Under the pieces are notes generated by a model. That model saw only the letters and a list, made by a program, of their open reading frames with translations. It searched no databases and was not told the origin of the DNA. Below are positions 59,863 to 64,000 of a stretch of 64,000 nucleotides of DNA, piece after piece. This stretch comes from Blastocatellia bacterium (GTDB lineage: Bacteria > Acidobacteriota > Blastocatellia > UBA7656). Location of the stretch: NCBI GenBank assembly GCA_963765495.1, contig CAVXWP010000001.1, positions 800,001 through 864,000 of the forward strand. Direction: 5' to 3'. The position numbers and the translations under genes were made by a program. Every line of letters begins with the position of its first letter. The stretch's first letter is position 1.

Positions 59863-60768
59863 TGTTTTGGCCAGCCTCTGTTTGTCTTCCGCCGTATTCA
59901 TAATGGTATCGGTCACAACTACTCGCATACCGAGGTCTTCTATATCCGGGCAAGTCCGGGCGTCTGTTTCGTCAAGCACGAACAGAGAGGCAAAATCGCG
60001 GTAGAGTCGAGCTACGCCCGTCGCTGAAACCTCGTGCCCCAGATCGCGGAGCATATCAGCCGCCGGTCCCTTGAGCGCCCGCCCGCTAATGATCGGTGTG
60101 ATGGCTGTGACAGAATCACGCTTTTGCCCGAGGGCCTCGCGCACGCCCGGTACGGCCAGTATCGGCCCTATGCTGATAAAGGGATTGCTCGGACAGATGA
60201 TTACCCGGTCGGCTTCGGCAATCGAGCGCAGGAGGCCGGGCGCAGGCAGGGCCGATTCCATGTGCTCAAATCGAATCTCCCTGACGCGGGGCTCACACCT
60301 GCGACGCACGAAATATTCTTGAAAGTGCATCTGGCCTTCATCGGTCACAACCCGCGTCGGAGTGTAGTCATCCGTCATCGGGAGTATCGAAGAGCGAACG
60401 CCGAGGGCGAGACGTATCTGATCTGTCGCCTCCGAAAGCGTCTGACCGCGTCTCAGCAAATCTGTGCGATGGATATGTGTGGCAAGATCGCGGTCACCGA
60501 GATTAAACCACGAAGGCGCGCCGTAGCGCGCCATCCATTTCAACGATTCAAACGTGTCACCCGCGATTCCCCAACCCGTGGCTTCGTTTATCACCCCGGC
60601 CAGCGTGTAGGTCAGCGTGTCTATATCGGGCGATATGCGAAGGCCGAACATCTCTATATCATCGCCCGTGTTGGCAAGGATAGTGATCTCCTCCGGCCGC
60701 ATCACTCGCGCAAGCCCCAGTAAGAATTTCGCTGCCCCGATGCCGCCTGCAAGTGCTGTGATCTTCAT
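59842..60768 (-). CDS. cofD: 2-phospho-L-lactate transferase
   Basis: LAGGIGAAKFL, NTGDD, SPDID, WFNLGDRDLATH, HFQEY and PSNPFISI. Confidence 0.93.
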   Translation of the reverse strand: MKITALAGGIGAAKFLLGLARVMRPEEITILANTGDDIEMFGLRISPDIDTLTYTLAGVINEATGWGIAGDTFESLKWMARYGAPSWFNLGDRDLATHIHRTDLLRRGQTLSEATDQIRLALGVRSSILPMTDDYTPTRVVTDEGQMHFQEYFVRRRCEPRVREIRFEHMESALPAPGLLRSIAEADRVIICPSNPFISIGPILAVPGVREALGQKRDSVTAITPIISGRALKGPAADMLRDLGHEVSATGVARLYRDFASLFVLDETDARTCPDIEDLGMRVVVTDTIMNTAEDKQRLAKTVLNYEF

Positions 60769-60876
60769 AATAGAGTGATGAGTGATGAGTGATGAGTGAT
60801 TCGTGACTTTCAGGCCGTCCGGTTATTAAAGCAGGTTTGCAAGACGGGTAAATCACGGATCACGCATCACTCATCT

Positions 60877-61557
60877 CTACCCCGGCAATCCTACGATTCG
60901 ATAACAGGCCGTCTTTATCTTATAGCGGCGATTGATGCCTATGGCCAGCACTGTCATCCGCTCGATGGTTCTCGCGCTGTAGAGAAGGCCAGCATCTACG
61001 GGCCGAAGCCCTTCGATAGACTCGATTGCTTCAATCACACGCGCTCGCGCTTCTTTGGAGTCGCTTGCTACAAGCACATCTGAGTCAAGCTTCTCAGTTG
61101 GGTCAACCAGCAGATGGGCAGGCTCGGTCTTGAAGGCTGCCACAAGAGGAATTGATTCGGGCAGCCTTGCGCGCAGATGCTCGCTTGCCGAGCCTTCGGG
61201 CAACTCCGTGTAGCGCACTCGCCCGCCTTCAAACGACACGGGCACGGTTATGTCTATCAGCACAGCGTCTTTCTGAAAATCGTTTTGAAGCTCTTCAAGC
61301 GTCGCCGCCGCGTGCGAAAAAGGCACGGTGAGCAGGACAAACTCCGCGCCTGAGACGGTCGCGGAGTTTTCCGCATATGCTATCGAATTGCCTTCGAGTA
61401 GCTGGTTCAATTCGTCAGCCGCAGCCTTCGCCCGCTCAATTGAGCGCGACCCTATAATCACCTGCGCGCCCGCCATTGCCCATCTGAGCGCAAGCCCTCG
61501 CCCCTCTTCTCCAGTGCCTCCGATCAGACCTACTTTCAAATCACTGATGCTGGTCAT
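60877..61557 (-). CDS. npdG: NADPH-dependent F420 reductase
   Basis: IGGTGEEG.GLA.RWA, IGSRS, GSASE and DAG.L..AR.IE..T.L.I.IN..YK; lies in the cof operon. Confidence 0.88.
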   Translation of the reverse strand: MTSISDLKVGLIGGTGEEGRGLALRWAMAGAQVIIGSRSIERAKAAADELNQLLEGNSIAYAENSATVSGAEFVLLTVPFSHAAATLEELQNDFQKDAVLIDITVPVSFEGGRVRYTELPEGSASEHLRARLPESIPLVAAFKTEPAHLLVDPTEKLDSDVLVASDSKEARARVIEAIESIEGLRPVDAGLLYSARTIERMTVLAIGINRRYKIKTACYRIVGLPG

Positions 61558-61809
61558 CAAGTTATGCTCGCTTTCAATCCATTGATTAAGTGTCAGGTCA
61601 AGGTTGCCATCTGGGGCGAAGGGTGTCAATGTTTGCGCTGTCGGGTCGAGTGGCCCCGGCCTTGGCAGTGTGCAAAGACAGGCTCTAATCGTTTATACTC
61701 TGGTTGCCCTCCATACTAAATCTGGAGTTTATTTAAAGAGCCTCGTAAACAGGGTAAAGAAGAGGCGGCCCTCGTTTATTCATCCGGGAAAGGAGAAGGG
61801 ACAGGATTC

Positions 61810-64000
61810 ATGCCCTCGAAGAGCAAATTCCTCATAAACAGGCTGGATAAGGAACTCGATGTCGTCTGCCTCGAACAAGAAAGCATAACCATAGGCCGGC
61901 TTATCAGCAACGATCTTGTTTTGAACCACCGCGCCGTCTCGCGCACTCACGCCGGGATAAAAGAGATCGGCGGCGTCTTCTGGCTTTTTAATCTGTCGCT
62001 TTCAAACGGAACTTTGCTTGACGGCGAACTGGTGCATAAATCGCCGATTTCCGACGGGGATGTAGTGCAGATAGGCCCGTATCTGCTGCTGATGAATTGC
62101 CCCGATAATGCGATCTCCATAACCGTCGAGATGGAACTCGATGTCCACCCGCTCGACACTCAACCCAGGGCGCTCCAGGACCAGACCGTCCTGATAGCCA
62201 TCCCCTCTTCGCCCGATAAGCCGGCCAGGTTCGGCGCTAAGAAACTCATAACCGGCGGAACCCGACTGAGCAAAGTCATGCCCGCGATAGCGGCACAGGC
62301 GCTCGACCTCTACTGGGCCTTGCGACAGAGGGAGGCGGGGAAAATGTATGCCCGGACCCCGCTCCATCCGAGAGGCAACGAGAAGGTAGGCAAGATTCAA
62401 TTCAACTGGCGTCCGACGCTCGACCTGAGCCGGTTCAGCCGCGCGTCGCTCTTTGTCTGGGGCGCTCTGGTTGTCGCGCTGCTTTCTGTAGCAGCCTTCT
62501 TTGCTCATGCGAATGCGTATTCGCCGGGCGAATTGTCGGTCACTCACAGTTCCGCTTTCGTCTCTGAACGCAATATCGCTGTTCGCTCAAACAAGGGGGA
62601 CTGCGCGGGTTGTCACGGCGTAAAGCAGGGGATGCTGGATAAATGCATCAATTGTCATACGACGCCGGCCTTTCAATCGGCTCCGGGTTTTCAGCCCGCC
62701 ATATTCGATGCTCACAAACGCGCGCGGGTCGGCTGCACAGATTGCCACACGGAGCACGCGGGCGTGAAGCCGGAAGAAGGATTGATGAGCGCGGGGCTTT
62801 GTTCGAGCTGTCACAACGACGCTTATAAAATCAAGGCGGGCGAAAGGGCGGGCCAGATACTGGGCGAGCCGCACGGCGGCGGCATCGGTTACCCTGTCGT
62901 TGACGGCGTGTGGAAATGGAAGGGGTTATCGGCCGATTTGTGGGCCGCAAAGAACCTCTCGCCTTCGCTTGCCCAGGAGAGACCCGCAGACCAGTTTCAT
63001 CTGCTCCATATGAGGGGCAGGATGCAGGGTCTTGTGGGATGCACGGACTGTCATAAGGGAGATGTGAGCGCGAGCGAGGAGTTTCGAAAATCTCCCCGGG
63101 GCGAATGCGCCAAATGCCACGGGCTCGCGACGACCGAAGGCGGGCTCACGGTTGGAAAGCGAAATTGCTATACCTGCCACGTACAGCATCACAGGAATGA
63201 AACCTTCGACGCGCTGCTTGCCGCCGGAGCGAGCGAGACGTCTATCCGCGATTATCTCGCCAGATTGAATGCCGGGGAGAATCAAGCCGCTCGCTCAACG
63301 GCGAAGCCTGATAGACCTCTTGCGGGCAGCGGGGGAGCCGCCGCGATGCGCCAGAACCGGGAGGCTACGGGCTGGAGCGCGACTTCGAGTCTGGGCGCGT
63401 TGCCGTGGTATGGGTGGCTCGGACTGATTGCAGTCCTGCCCGTTGTGGGGCTTGTGCTGGCCTTTGCCGACACGGCCCGAAAAAAACGCATGCTGATAGA
63501 GGCGAGCCGCGAAGTGATCGAAACCGAGAAGGGCCATACTACGGGCTCGCTCGATCTGGAAAAACTGAAGGCCGAAGGCCCTACATACCCGCATCCGGTG
63601 ATTGATCCGGCCCTCTGCATAGGCTGCCATGCATGCGTAGAAGTATGCCCGCACGACGTGCTTACAATCGTCAACGGGATAGCCTCGCCCATCCACCCCG
63701 ATCAATGCATGGAAGACACCAGTTGCCAGGTCGAATGCCCTACAAATCCAAAGGCCTGCATAGTCCTCAATACGACAAAGAAGATTCCGCACCGCCTGAT
63801 CCCGGATCGCGACCGCGAATATATGACAAACATATTTGGGGTCTACCTGATTGGAGACGTATCGGGTGTGCCGTTGATCAAAAACGCGGCCAACGAAGGC
63901 GCGAAGGTCATAACCCATCTGGTCGAAGAGATGAGAAGAGAAAGGCCCGACCCGGCAGCCGAATACGATGTGGCGATCATAGGCATGGGGCCCGCCGGTC
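61810..64000 (+). CDS. FHA - TM - 7xCxxCH multiheme - TM - 2x[4Fe-4S] - TrxR-like flavoprotein fusion (runs off the window)
   Basis: Not in the ORF track. Manual translation is open for 730 codons: IGR..SRTHA..SNGT; CAGCH, CINCH, CTDCH, CSSCH, CTDCH, CAKCH, CYTCH; CIGCHACVEVCP and CMEDTSCQVECP; GVYLIGD; DVAIIGMGPAG. Confidence 0.88.
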   Translation, partial: MPSKSKFLINRLDKELDVVCLEQESITIGRLISNDLVLNHRAVSRTHAGIKEIGGVFWLFNLSLSNGTLLDGELVHKSPISDGDVVQIGPYLLLMNCPDNAISITVEMELDVHPLDTQPRALQDQTVLIAIPSSPDKPARFGAKKLITGGTRLSKVMPAIAAQALDLYWALRQREAGKMYARTPLHPRGNEKVGKIQFNWRPTLDLSRFSRASLFVWGALVVALLSVAAFFAHANAYSPGELSVTHSSAFVSERNIAVRSNKGDCAGCHGVKQGMLDKCINCHTTPAFQSAPGFQPAIFDAHKRARVGCTDCHTEHAGVKPEEGLMSAGLCSSCHNDAYKIKAGERAGQILGEPHGGGIGYPVVDGVWKWKGLSADLWAAKNLSPSLAQERPADQFHLLHMRGRMQGLVGCTDCHKGDVSASEEFRKSPRGECAKCHGLATTEGGLTVGKRNCYTCHVQHHRNETFDALLAAGASETSIRDYLARLNAGENQAARSTAKPDRPLAGSGGAAAMRQNREATGWSATSSLGALPWYGWLGLIAVLPVVGLVLAFADTARKKRMLIEASREVIETEKGHTTGSLDLEKLKAEGPTYPHPVIDPALCIGCHACVEVCPHDVLTIVNGIASPIHPDQCMEDTSCQVECPTNPKACIVLNTTKKIPHRLIPDRDREYMTNIFGVYLIGDVSGVPLIKNAANEGAKVITHLVEEMRRERPDPAAEYDVAIIGMGPAG

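Noticed and set aside
63616-63630. Eighth heme motif CIGCH in the fusion protein
   Set aside because: It is part of the ferredoxin CxxCxxCxxxCP motif on the predicted cytoplasmic side.
61947-63918. Minus-strand ORFs listed in the track for the last 2 kb
   Set aside because: They are antisense shadows of the open plus-strand fusion ORF starting at 61810.

Overview
Chromosomal window from a GC-rich Gram-negative bacterium, most likely Acidobacteriota (Blastocatellia-like). The taxonomy is inferred from an acidobacterial-type VWA protein, an Oar-type TonB receptor and an ECF/DUF4252 cluster. Main contents: (1) a Wzy-type exopolysaccharide locus resembling PEP-CTERM-associated clusters (1-16 kb), interrupted by a decayed IS5/ISL2-type element and by an odd sigma-like protein carrying an AT-hook; (2) a LuxR-PqqD pair followed by a sigma54 promoter driving a candidate structured RNA with two near-identical G-rich-loop hairpins, then two small ORFs; (3) two ECF sigma/anti-sigma pairs, one with a CxxCH in the anti-sigma and facing an operon of MauG-like di-heme protein, Tat metallophosphoesterase and His/Cys-type cytochrome c; (4) two genes split by in-frame TGA at redox-active Cys positions, probably selenoproteins; (5) thrC, acnA, metal uptake genes, a LytS/LytTR pair, a large secreted metzincin, MscS and an ABC exporter; (6) npdG-cofD-cofC-cofE (F420) genes, divergent from an ORF missing from the supplied track that fuses FHA, 7 heme-c motifs, a 2x[4Fe-4S] ferredoxin and a permuted TrxR-like flavin module. 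Intergenic regions carry many 7-bp tandem/inverted repeat arrays. All calls come from reading motifs by eye; no database searches were run.
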